NCBI RefSeq assembly: GCF_001652585.1
Contig: NZ_LWLG01000015.1
Coordinates: 30,001 to 62,000, forward strand
Direction of reading: 5' to 3'
DNA: 32,000 bases
From: Thermosulfurimonas dismutans
Lineage (GTDB): Bacteria; Desulfobacterota; Thermodesulfobacteria; Thermodesulfobacteriales; Thermodesulfobacteriaceae
The notes beneath the pieces were generated by a model that saw only the letters and a program-made list of their open reading frames with translations, ran no database searches and was not told where the DNA came from. Position numbers and translations under genes: made by a program. This document shows positions 1-8,679 of this stretch, piece by piece. Every line of letters begins with the position of its first letter. Position 1 is the first letter of the stretch.

Positions 1-503
1 ATCCCTGGATCAAGAAGGTGTATCTCATGAGGAATCTTCCTCACACCCTTGAAATTCGGGTGGAAGAGGAGAGGCCGGTGGCGGTGACGAACCTTTCAGG
101 AAAGCTTTATTTCTTAAATGAGAGAGGAGAGGCCTTTTCTCCGGCTTCAGAGAAGGATTTGCTTTCTTATCCTATCGTTTCTTTTAAAGATAAGAACCTT
201 CTCAAAGAGGAGACCGATTTTCTAAGACTTCTGGCCTGGGTCAGAGACAAGAACTTCTATCTTCCCTGTTACGAAAACATTTCGCAGGTTTATCTTGCGC
301 GGGATCGCATCCTTCTCATCACCAAGGCTGGTCTAAAAGTGCGTTTTGAACCCGAACCCTTTGAGGAGCTTAAAAAAGCCTATCGAAGGCTCGACAAGAT
401 TATGACCTATCTCTATCAAAATCGGCTCTATGCCCGGGCCGAAAGCGTACGTTTAGACTATCCCGGGGACAAGGCGCTTTTAGTTTATCGGAGGGAGAAA
501 TAG
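1..503 (+). CDS. ftsQ: Cell division protein FtsQ, C-terminal part (5'-truncated by window edge; frame continues from base 3)
   Basis: The frame is open from the window start (PWIKKVYLMRNLPHTLEIRVEEERPVAV..., FtsQ-like) to TAG at 501-503. It lies 2 nt upstream of ftsA-ftsZ in the conserved dcw order. Confidence 0.8.
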   Translation, partial: PWIKKVYLMRNLPHTLEIRVEEERPVAVTNLSGKLYFLNERGEAFSPASEKDLLSYPIVSFKDKNLLKEETDFLRLLAWVRDKNFYLPCYENISQVYLARDRILLITKAGLKVRFEPEPFEELKKAYRRLDKIMTYLYQNRLYARAESVRLDYPGDKALLVYRREK

Positions 504-505
504 AG

Positions 506-1720
506 ATGGCGGGTAGGAGTTTGCTGGCGGCTATAGATGTGGGGACCAGTAAGATCTGTTGTCTCATAGCAGAGAAAAAAGGGGAAGAACTGTCGGCCTT
601 GGGCTTGGGGATGGTTCCGGCTCAAGGACTGCGCAAAGGGGTGGTGATTAACATTGAGGAGGCTGCCCGGGCCATTGCAGAGGCTAAACGAGAGGCCGAG
701 GTCCAGGCTTACGAAGACGTTCAACAGGTGATCACCGGTATTGCGGGCTCTCATATCGAGAGCCTGACCAGCCACGGGGTGATCGCTTTGAAGGAGGGGG
801 AAGTCAAATCCGAAGATGTGGACAGGGTCCTTGAGGCCGCAAAGGCCATCAATCTATCTCAGGACCGGGTGATCTTGCACGTCCTTCCTCAGGAGTTCAG
901 TATCGACAACCAGACCGGGATCTTACAGCCCATAGGGATGAGCGGAGTGAGGCTTGAGGTTAAGGCCCATCTCATTACAGCCTCGGCTTCTGCGGTCCAA
1001 AACCAGGTCAAGTGTCTTTCCATGGCTGGAGTCGAGGTTCAGGCCGTGGTACTGCAGGCCCTGGCCTCTTCCGAAGCCGTGCTGTCACCGGAAGAGAAGG
1101 AACTAGGGGTGGCCCTCATAGACTTCGGGGGTGGAACTACGGATGTGGCCGTTTTCTTAGAGGGCTCCCTCCGTTATACGGCTTCGGTACCTGTGGGGGG
1201 GGACCTCCTTACCAGCGACCTTACCGTAGGGCTTAGGACTCCTCGTTCGGCGGCTGAGAAGCTCAAAGAGGAATACGGCGTCTGTTTGCCCGAGCTCGTG
1301 TCCCAAGACGAGATCCTGGAGGTGCCTTCCCTGGGACAGAAACCACCAAGAAAGCTTTCTCGCAGGTTGCTAGCGGAAATCCTCGAGCCCAGGGTCCAGG
1401 AACTCCTAGAGATTATAAACACCAATCTGGAGGTAAGCGGGCTCAAAAAGCGTCTGAGCTCCGGGGTAGTCATAACCGGAGGCTCGGCCTTACTCAAAGG
1501 TCTTCCAGAGTTTGCGGAACAGATTTTTGATCTTCCCGTGCGGATAGGTTATCCGGTAAAGCTCTCCGGACTTAGCGAAGAGGTTAATCATCCCCGTCTT
1601 TCCACCGCGGTAGGACTGCTGCTCTACGCCGCTCGGTACCTGGATCTAGCTGAAGATAAAACCTCATCAGAAGAAGGATTCCTTGAAAAATTTAAGAAAA
1701 TTTTAGGTATAGGGGGGTAG
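506..1720 (+). CDS. ftsA: Cell division protein FtsA (actin-like ATPase)
   Basis: 404 aa. Motifs AIDVGTSKI and DFGGGTTD (actin-fold phosphate loops). C-terminal amphipathic membrane-targeting helix FLEKFKKILG. GGAGGG SD upstream. Position between ftsQ and ftsZ. Confidence 0.95.
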   Translation: MAGRSLLAAIDVGTSKICCLIAEKKGEELSALGLGMVPAQGLRKGVVINIEEAARAIAEAKREAEVQAYEDVQQVITGIAGSHIESLTSHGVIALKEGEVKSEDVDRVLEAAKAINLSQDRVILHVLPQEFSIDNQTGILQPIGMSGVRLEVKAHLITASASAVQNQVKCLSMAGVEVQAVVLQALASSEAVLSPEEKELGVALIDFGGGTTDVAVFLEGSLRYTASVPVGGDLLTSDLTVGLRTPRSAAEKLKEEYGVCLPELVSQDEILEVPSLGQKPPRKLSRRLLAEILEPRVQELLEIINTNLEVSGLKKRLSSGVVITGGSALLKGLPEFAEQIFDLPVRIGYPVKLSGLSEEVNHPRLSTAVGLLLYAARYLDLAEDKTSSEEGFLEKFKKILGIGG

Positions 1721-1722
1721 CT

Positions 1723-2844
1723 ATGGCTTTTGAATTCGTAGAATCCAACTATCAAGCCAAGATCAAGGTAGTAGGTGTTGGCGGTGCGGGGGGAAACGCG
1801 GTTCGCAATATGATTCAGAAAGGGTTGAAAGGCGTGGAATTTATAGCTGCCAACACGGATTACCGGGTATTGGATCCCAATCCTGCACCGGAAAAGATCC
1901 AGCTGGGCAGAAATTTAACTAAGGGCCTAGGAGCCGGAGGAAATCCCGAAATCGGACGAGAGGCCGCTCTTGAGGCCGAGGATGAGATTAGAGAGGCCCT
2001 TTCGGGAGCGGATATGGTTTTCGTGACCGCGGGACTTGGAGGGGGAACCGGAACCGGAGCCGCGCCGGTGGTGGCTCGTATCAGTAAGGAATTAGGGGCC
2101 CTTACGGTGGCTGTAGTTACCAAGCCCTTTGCCTTTGAAGGGCGTCCCCGGATGATGGTGGCCCAGCAGGGATTGGAGGAACTGAAGAAGTACGTGGACA
2201 CTATTATAACCATTCCCAACGATCGTCTGCGGGCCCTTTCTTCTCCCAACGCCAAGCTATACGAGATGTTCCAGAAGGCTGACGATGTCCTTTATTACGC
2301 TGTAAGAGGCATCTCAGATTTGATCCTCCTTGACGGTTATATCAATCTTGATTTTGCGGACGTGCGGGCCGTCATGACCGACATGGGTGGGCTGGCCCTT
2401 ATGGGCACGGGGATCGCTAGTGGGGATCACCGGGCAGAGGCCGCGACCCAAAGTGCGATTTCGAGTCCGCTTCTTGAGGATGTTTCTATTTCTGGGGCCA
2501 GGGGAGTACTTCTCAATATTACCGCTCATCCCGATACCCTTACTATGGAGGAAGCCACACTTATATCCGAGATGGTCTCCAAAGAGGCCCACGAAGAGGC
2601 CAAGATCTTCTGGGGAGTGGTGTTTGATGAAGAAATAGGAGACGAGCTACGGGTTACAGTCATTGCCACCGGAATTGGGGCTCGCGCTGAGGAAGAAAAG
2701 AAGGAACAGAAGGTCTTACCTTTCGAGAAGCCTCGCGAAAAGAGGGAAGAGATGCCGAAGAAACGCCGTTCGCGAATTTTGGATTCACTGCCTACGGAGG
2801 AAGAACTAGAAATTCCTACTTTTCTAAGACGAAAAGCGGATTAA
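1723..2844 (+). CDS. ftsZ: Cell division GTPase FtsZ
   Basis: 373 aa. GVGGAGGNAV and tubulin signature GGGTGTGAAPVVA. E/K-rich linker and conserved C-terminal peptide EIPTFLRRK. Confidence 0.97.
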   Translation: MAFEFVESNYQAKIKVVGVGGAGGNAVRNMIQKGLKGVEFIAANTDYRVLDPNPAPEKIQLGRNLTKGLGAGGNPEIGREAALEAEDEIREALSGADMVFVTAGLGGGTGTGAAPVVARISKELGALTVAVVTKPFAFEGRPRMMVAQQGLEELKKYVDTIITIPNDRLRALSSPNAKLYEMFQKADDVLYYAVRGISDLILLDGYINLDFADVRAVMTDMGGLALMGTGIASGDHRAEAATQSAISSPLLEDVSISGARGVLLNITAHPDTLTMEEATLISEMVSKEAHEEAKIFWGVVFDEEIGDELRVTVIATGIGARAEEEKKEQKVLPFEKPREKREEMPKKRRSRILDSLPTEEELEIPTFLRRKAD

Positions 2845-3674
2845 AGGACAATCCGTTTAATTCGATGGGCGTGACATTGAATGTTTACGGCCACCGGGAG
2901 GCTGGCAATATGCGAAGGGTGGGTCTCGATGTGAACGGCAAGGGCCGTGGTTTGCCCGCCGAGGCCCAGAGGCCCGATTCCGAGTTGGTTAATTTTTAAA
3001 AGCAGTTCCTCCTCAAGGTCAGCAACTTCTTTTTCGGGATGAGGTTTAGCCAGGGGTCTCAAAAGGGCTTTCTTAGAGAGCAGGGCGGCGGTTTCGAAAT
3101 TACCGCCAATACCTACGCCTACCACTACCGGGGGGCAGGGATTGGCTCCCGCCCGGGAAACGGTCTCAATTACGAAGTTTTTTATACCTTCAAGACCTGC
3201 CGATGGTGGAAGCATGGCCAGCCGGCTCATGTTTTCGCTTCCACAGCCTTTAGGAAGAAGGAAGATTTCAAGTTCCTCTCCCGGGACGATCTCACAATGG
3301 ATCACCCCCGGAGTATTGGTGCCGGTATTTCGACGCGAAAGGACTTCACAGACCGAGGCCCGGAGATACCCCTCTTTGAAACCCAGGTAAAGTCCTTCCT
3401 CAATGGCCTCATAGAGATTTTTTACTTGGACATCTTCCCCTATTCTTACGAAGACTACTGGAATCCCAGTATCCTGACAGAGTGGAAGCCCCACTTTTCG
3501 GGCCGTTTTTACGTTTTCAAGAAGGATTTCAAGGGCCCTACGGGCCAGGGGAAGGTCTTCCTTGCTCAGGGCCTCTTTCAAAGCCCTCTCCACCTCTGGC
3601 GGCAGATCCCGACAGGCTTCAATTGCCCCTCGGGCGACGGCTTCTTTTATCTTTTGGCTTTCGATTTCTCGCAT
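2841..3674 (-). CDS. Fe-S type tartrate/fumarate hydro-lyase alpha subunit (class I fumarate hydratase, alpha/N-terminal domain protein)
   Basis: 277 aa. CQDTGIPVVF and LPKGCGSENMS motifs are characteristic of the class-I fumarase/tartrate dehydratase alpha subunit. Its stop codon overlaps the ftsZ stop codon (TTAA at 2841-2844). No beta-subunit gene is adjacent. Confidence 0.85.
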   Translation of the reverse strand: MREIESQKIKEAVARGAIEACRDLPPEVERALKEALSKEDLPLARRALEILLENVKTARKVGLPLCQDTGIPVVFVRIGEDVQVKNLYEAIEEGLYLGFKEGYLRASVCEVLSRRNTGTNTPGVIHCEIVPGEELEIFLLPKGCGSENMSRLAMLPPSAGLEGIKNFVIETVSRAGANPCPPVVVGVGIGGNFETAALLSKKALLRPLAKPHPEKEVADLEEELLLKINQLGIGPLGLGGQTTALAVHIETHPSHIASLPVAVNIQCHAHRIKRIVL

Positions 3675-3695
3675 GCTGTTTTTTAGGTTATATTA

Positions 3696-3724
3696 TTGAC
3701 CACGAGTTTGAAAGATACTATGTT
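3696..3724 (+). promoter_or_regulatory. Candidate sigma70-type promoter directly abutting the ftsH start codon
   Basis: TTGACC (3696-3701), 17 nt, TATGTT (3719-3724). The ftsH ATG is at 3733, only 8 nt after the -10 box, and no Shine-Dalgarno sequence lies in between. Confidence 0.35.
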
Positions 3725-3732
3725 TTCTGAAC

Positions 3733-5610
3733 ATGCAAAGGGATAAAAAACCAAAACCCCTCTTCAACAACAATAAAAACCGCTATATTCCCTGGGTCTT
3801 CTTAGGGTTGATCCTGCTCTTCTTTTTTATGTGGCCTTTTCTTGTTTCCTATCCCAAGGAAGAGCTGGCTTACAGCGAATTCAAGACCTTGGTAAGACGG
3901 GGGTTGGTAGACAACTTGGTAATCTCTCGGGACGTGATCGAAGGTGAGTTTAAGAAAGGGGCCGCGGAGGTCCTTTCTCAGTTGAGACACGCTCCGGTCA
4001 AATCCCAGAAGTATTTTCAAACCGGTAAGGTAGATGATCCCGAACTGGTGAAGCTTCTTGAGGAAAAGGGTATTCGTTTTCGGGCCAAGGCCGAGCCTGG
4101 TTGGTTCTCGCATCTCCTTTCCTGGGTTCTACCCCTGGGGTTACTCTTCTTTTTCTGGTTTTTGATCCTGAAACGGTTTGGCCCTCCAGAAGGTGGGGTC
4201 ATGGGGCTAGCCAAGAGCAAGGCTCGGGTATATGTCCAGGAGGACATCAAGGTCACCTTCAAGGATGTGGCCGGTGTGGACGAGGCCGTAGAAGAACTAA
4301 AGGAAGTTATTGAATTCCTTAAAAATCCTCAACGTTTTACGTCCCTGGGGGGAAAGATCCCCAAAGGGGTACTTCTGGTGGGACCTCCTGGCACAGGTAA
4401 AACACTTTTAGCTAGAGCGGTAGCCGGAGAAGCCGGGGTGCCCTTTATTTCCATTTCCGGTTCCTCCTTTGTAGAGATGTTTGTGGGGGTGGGGGCGGCC
4501 CGGGTGCGGGATCTTTTTGCCACTGCGGAACAAAAGGCCCCCTGCATCATCTTTATTGATGAAATTGATGCCTTGGGTAAGGTGCGCGGAGTCTCTCCAG
4601 TGGCAGGAGTTGACGAGCGGGAACAAACCCTGACCCAGCTCCTCACCGAAATGGACGGCTTTGATCCCAAGAAGGGTATCATCATCATTGCGGCCACCAA
4701 CCGTCCGGAGATTCTGGATCCAGCGCTTCTACGGCCCGGGCGCTTTGATCGGCATATTGTGGTGGATCGTCCGGATCTTAAGGGCCGGGAGGCCATCCTC
4801 CGAGTGCACACCCAGAATGTAAAACTGGCTCCAGATGTGGACCTAAAGGTGATCGCGGCTCGTACGCCCGGTATGGTGGGGGCGGATCTGGCCAATATTG
4901 TGAACGAGGCCTGTCTACTTGCGGCTCGCAAAGGTAAAAAACAGGTAGAAATGGAGGACTTTGAGGAGGCGGTGGATCGGGTCATCGCCGGTTTGGAGAA
5001 GAAGAATCGCTATCTTTCCAAGGAAGAAAAACGCCGGGTGGCCTATCACGAAACCGGACATGCCCTGGTGGCGGCTTCAGTGCCAGGTGCGGACAAGGTG
5101 CATCGTATCTCTATCATTCCGCGCGGGGTTTCAGCGCTAGGATACACCCTTCAGCTTCCCACCGAGGATCGGTATCTTCTTACCCGAAGCGAACTATTTG
5201 ACAGGCTTACAGTTCTTCTAGGAGGTCGAGCTGCGGAAGAACTGGTTTTCGGGGAGATTTCCACCGGGGCCCAGAACGATCTCGAGAAGGCCACCGAGAT
5301 CGCCCGGGCTATGGTCATGGACTATGGGATGAGCGAGAAGCTTGGGCCCCAGACTTTTCGCCGCCGCGAACACCTTTTCCTGGACGTTCCCTTCCGGGAA
5401 CGGGAGACTATGTCCGAAGAAACCGCCCGGGCTATAGATGAAGAGGTTGGAAAACTCCTGCGGGAGGCCTCTACCCGGGCACAGGAGATTTTAGCCCAGA
5501 ATCGCCATCGTCTGGAGGAGATAGCCGGTCTCCTTCTAGAGAAAGAGGTCCTTGAGGGTGAAGAACTGGAAAGACTCCTTTACGGAGATTCTAAAGCTCA
5601 CGAATCTTGA
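3733..5610 (+). CDS. ftsH: ATP-dependent zinc metalloprotease FtsH
   Basis: 625 aa. N-terminal TM helices, Walker A GPPGTGKT, Walker B IIFIDEID, second region of homology [20 protein letters not shown], zinc site HETGHA. Confidence 0.96.
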   Translation: MQRDKKPKPLFNNNKNRYIPWVFLGLILLFFFMWPFLVSYPKEELAYSEFKTLVRRGLVDNLVISRDVIEGEFKKGAAEVLSQLRHAPVKSQKYFQTGKVDDPELVKLLEEKGIRFRAKAEPGWFSHLLSWVLPLGLLFFFWFLILKRFGPPEGGVMGLAKSKARVYVQEDIKVTFKDVAGVDEAVEELKEVIEFLKNPQRFTSLGGKIPKGVLLVGPPGTGKTLLARAVAGEAGVPFISISGSSFVEMFVGVGAARVRDLFATAEQKAPCIIFIDEIDALGKVRGVSPVAGVDEREQTLTQLLTEMDGFDPKKGIIIIAATNRPEILDPALLRPGRFDRHIVVDRPDLKGREAILRVHTQNVKLAPDVDLKVIAARTPGMVGADLANIVNEACLLAARKGKKQVEMEDFEEAVDRVIAGLEKKNRYLSKEEKRRVAYHETGHALVAASVPGADKVHRISIIPRGVSALGYTLQLPTEDRYLLTRSELFDRLTVLLGGRAAEELVFGEISTGAQNDLEKATEIARAMVMDYGMSEKLGPQTFRRREHLFLDVPFRERETMSEETARAIDEEVGKLLREASTRAQEILAQNRHRLEEIAGLLLEKEVLEGEELERLLYGDSKAHES

Positions 5611-6478
5611 AGACCCCTTCCTCCTGGGCCTTATTGAAACGTCTAAGATTCCTGAGGGTTAGAAGACTTATCACCGAAGCTGTGGATAAGAGGGTCGGAT
5701 AAAGAAGACTTATCCGATCCAGAAGGGAGAGCACTAGGCTTACGCCAGTCCCCAAAAAAAGAAAGGCTGTAAGGATCGTTAGCCTTTTTTCGTTTCGTTT
5801 GCGATTTTTCAGGACCAGTCGGATGGTGAGCAACTCCCGCAGGACCTCGAAAGTCCGTTTAAGTCCGTAATGGGTACGTCCGAACCGCCGGGGACGATCT
5901 ATAATTTTTACCTCAGCTACTTCGGAATTTTTGACCCCGAAGACCGCCGGTATGAAACGATGAAAACCGTGAGGAATTTGGATACGCTTGACTATTTCTG
6001 CCCGATAGGCTTTGAGACTACAACCGTTGTCGTGCACCCTGATACCGGTGATGAGACCGATGAGACGGTTGGCCACAAAGGAAGGAATTTTACGAGTGAT
6101 AAGAGGCTCCTTGCGTTTCATGCGCCATCCGGAGACCACGGCGTAGCCTTCACGCAACTTGCGGAGAAGGTCCGGGATATAGGCCGGATCGTTCTGGCCA
6201 TCGCCGTCCATGCTTACCACGATCTCCCCTCGGGCGTTAAAAAAACCGGCGGTCAAAGCTGCGGCTTCGCCACGGTTACGGTCCATTTCAAGGACCCGCA
6301 CTCGGGAATCCCTGGCTTTGAGTTTCCTTAAAACCTCCCCAGTGCCATCGGTGCTGCCGTCATTCACATAGATTATTTCAAAGGGTTCTCCTAAAGGTTC
6401 AAGAGCCGCCAGGATTTCTTCATAAAGGGGTTCGATGTTCTTTTCTTCATTGTGTACTGGGATGACCACCGAGATCAC
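5591..6478 (-). CDS. Family-2 glycosyltransferase, polyprenyl-phosphate sugar synthase type (ArnC/GtrB/DPM1-like)
   Basis: 295 aa with a GTG start. VVIPVHNEE, YVNDGSTDGT and DGDGQNDP motifs (GT-A DXD type), plus C-terminal hydrophobic helices as in ArnC/GtrB. Last gene of the minus-strand operon. Its 3' end overlaps the ftsH 3' end by 20 nt. Confidence 0.85.
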   Translation of the reverse strand: MISVVIPVHNEEKNIEPLYEEILAALEPLGEPFEIIYVNDGSTDGTGEVLRKLKARDSRVRVLEMDRNRGEAAALTAGFFNARGEIVVSMDGDGQNDPAYIPDLLRKLREGYAVVSGWRMKRKEPLITRKIPSFVANRLIGLITGIRVHDNGCSLKAYRAEIVKRIQIPHGFHRFIPAVFGVKNSEVAEVKIIDRPRRFGRTHYGLKRTFEVLRELLTIRLVLKNRKRNEKRLTILTAFLFLGTGVSLVLSLLDRISLLYPTLLSTASVISLLTLRNLRRFNKAQEEGVFKIREL

Positions 6479-6480
6479 TA

Positions 6481-7590
6481 CTAGGCTCCGAAAAAGGCTC
6501 TGACCGCAGAGACCACCTCTTCAAATTCGGATTCCGTAAGCTCTGGAAAGATGGGGAGCGCCAGACTCTCTTTCGCCACCCTTTCGCTTCTCGGAAGGGA
6601 TAGTTCCGGAAAGCCGGCCTCCCGCCATGCCTTCTGGCGATGTAAGGGTTCGGGATAGTAGATGCCGGTCCCGATACCTCTTTCTTTGAGGAAAGTCATG
6701 AGCTCGTCCCGTTGCGAGGTCCTCACCACGAAACGGTGATAAACGCTGATTCTTTCCGAACCGTCCTCGGGAGGCAGTCTGAGATCCCCCACTCCCGAGA
6801 GGGCCTCGCGGTATCGAGCCGCCCATTGTCGGCGTCTTTCGTTTTGTTCTGAAAGACGACGGAGCCTGGCCCTCAGGACTACCGCTTGGAGTTCATCCAG
6901 CCGGCTGTTAAAACCGTAGAAGTGATGCTCGTTCTTTTTGACCTGTCCATGTACCCGGAGGTAACGTAGTTTGAAGGCCACTTCCTCGTCATCTGTAATT
7001 ACCAGGCCAGCGTCCCCCAGAGCATTTAGATTTTTGACTGGCCCGCAGCTAAAACAGCCTACCTTTCCGAATGTTCCGATCTTCTGCCCCCGGTATTCCG
7101 CCCCGTGGGCATGGGAGGCATCTTCAATGAGGACCAGGCCGTGGCGCTCGCAGATTTCAAGGATGGGTTCAAGAGTTATCGGATGACCATACATGTGCAC
7201 CACGATCAGGGCCTTGGTTCGGGGAGTAATGGCCGCTTTTACGGCTTCAGGATCCGGCCCCAGAGAATCCTCTTCCATTTCTACTACCACTGGTCGAGCT
7301 CCGGCCCAGAGGATGGCCTCTATATCAGCCACAAAGCCGTTGGCCTGCACGATGACCTCGTCTCCCTGACCTATGCCACAGGCTATCAGGGCAAGCCACA
7401 GGGCTTCCGTTCCAGAGCCTACCCCAAAGGCATATTTAGTTCTGAAAAATCTAGCCGCTTCTTCTTCAAAGGCCAAAAGGTTCTCGCCGTTAAGGAGCCG
7501 CATAGTTTCGGTTACTTTGCGCCAACCAGCTTCTACCTCTTCTCTTATTTCGGGCCAATCCCTTTTGAGATCAAGAAGGGGCACCGCCAT
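6481..7590 (-). CDS. DegT/DnrJ/EryC1/StrS-family sugar-nucleotide aminotransferase (ArnB/GnnB/WbpE-like)
   Basis: 369 aa. GSGTEALWLAL, DASHAHGA and a candidate PLP-lysine in FSCGPVKNL. GGAGGG SD upstream. 2-nt gaps to both neighbours. Confidence 0.9.
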   Translation of the reverse strand: MAVPLLDLKRDWPEIREEVEAGWRKVTETMRLLNGENLLAFEEEAARFFRTKYAFGVGSGTEALWLALIACGIGQGDEVIVQANGFVADIEAILWAGARPVVVEMEEDSLGPDPEAVKAAITPRTKALIVVHMYGHPITLEPILEICERHGLVLIEDASHAHGAEYRGQKIGTFGKVGCFSCGPVKNLNALGDAGLVITDDEEVAFKLRYLRVHGQVKKNEHHFYGFNSRLDELQAVVLRARLRRLSEQNERRRQWAARYREALSGVGDLRLPPEDGSERISVYHRFVVRTSQRDELMTFLKERGIGTGIYYPEPLHRQKAWREAGFPELSLPRSERVAKESLALPIFPELTESEFEEVVSAVRAFFGA

Positions 7591-7592
7591 CT

Positions 7593-8666
7593 CTAACCCT
7601 CCATCTTTCCTAGCCGGGATTTTTCAGGGGTAAAAGGAAATTTTACCTCGGTTCCGCTTTCCGCGGACTCGTAAAGAGCTTGGATGAGCTCTAGCGAGGG
7701 GATAGCGTCTTTGCCTATGCAGAGCCTGGGATCGGGGGGCTCTCCGGCGAAGTAATGCATGGCTGCTCGCAAATACTCTCGGTGGGCGAAACCTAAAGGA
7801 TCCGGCGGATTTTTTCGGCAGGCCTCAAGCTCTTCTTCATTTAAATTTTGGTTTTCCAAAGCCAGATGGGCCAGTTCGTTCATGGCAAAGCCGCCGAGTT
7901 TTACGGAGCCTTTTTCGCCTAGGATTACCAGTTCGGCTCCGAGGTCTTTAGGCCGGGCGCAGGTGGTGGCCTCGATGGTTCCTAAGGCCCCGTTTTTGAA
8001 GCGGATCACGCCCACTAAAATATCTTCCGCCTCGATTTCAACCAATCGAGTATCCTTCTTGGCGAAGACGCTTTCGACCTCACCCATGAGCCAGCGGAGC
8101 ATGTCCACATGGTGGCAGCCCTGCTGGGCGAGCGCCCCGCCATCAAGGGCCCAAGTGCCACGCCAGGCGGCACTGTCGTAATAGTCCTGTCTGCGACACC
8201 AATAAAACCGAGCCGAAGCCAGGACAATCTTACCCAAGAGATTCTTCTCCAAGATCTCTTTGACCTTCTTCACCGGGAGATTGAACCGATTCTGAAATAC
8301 CGTAACCAATTTGAGACCAAGCTCTTCGGCCGTCTGTACCATCTCCCAGGCTTCTTCGATGTTGAGGGTTATGGGTTTTTCAAGGAGTATGTTTTTACGA
8401 AATTCGCGCATTACCGGAAGAGAAATCTTTCCGTGCATTCCGGAAGGCACCGCAATGTCCACTACTTCTATTTCGGGATATTCCGAGAGCATCTTTCGCC
8501 AGTCTGTGTACCAGGCGGCTCCAATCTCCTCCGCAAAGGCCCGGGCTTTCTCGGGATCGGAATCCGCTACGGCCACTAATGCTACTTCCGGTAATTCTTT
8601 GAAGATGCGTAGATGTCTGGTAGCCGCTTTCCCGCAACCTATAAGAGCAAGTTTTACGGATTTCAT
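7593..8666 (-). CDS. Gfo/Idh/MocA-family NAD(P)-dependent (sugar-nucleotide) oxidoreductase
   Basis: 357 aa. N-terminal Rossmann KLALIGCGKAATRHL and family EKP motif (LLEKPITL). Strong SD (GGAGAGAGAGGGGA) upstream. Confidence 0.85.
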   Translation of the reverse strand: MKSVKLALIGCGKAATRHLRIFKELPEVALVAVADSDPEKARAFAEEIGAAWYTDWRKMLSEYPEIEVVDIAVPSGMHGKISLPVMREFRKNILLEKPITLNIEEAWEMVQTAEELGLKLVTVFQNRFNLPVKKVKEILEKNLLGKIVLASARFYWCRRQDYYDSAAWRGTWALDGGALAQQGCHHVDMLRWLMGEVESVFAKKDTRLVEIEAEDILVGVIRFKNGALGTIEATTCARPKDLGAELVILGEKGSVKLGGFAMNELAHLALENQNLNEEELEACRKNPPDPLGFAHREYLRAAMHYFAGEPPDPRLCIGKDAIPSLELIQALYESAESGTEVKFPFTPEKSRLGKMEG

Positions 8667-8679
8667 TCCCCTCTCTCTC

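Noticed and set aside
3039-3686. 215-aa plus-strand ORF (and 82-aa ORFs) antisense to the fumarase alpha gene
   Set aside because: It lies wholly inside a gene with clear family motifs on the other strand. Its composition is low-complexity and G/R/P/F-rich with no recognisable motifs, no SD and no sensible start context.
4329-4985. 218-aa minus-strand ORF antisense to ftsH
   Set aside because: It is the S/R/A/T-rich mirror frame of the highly conserved AAA+ core of FtsH. This is a typical shadow ORF of a G+C-balanced gene.
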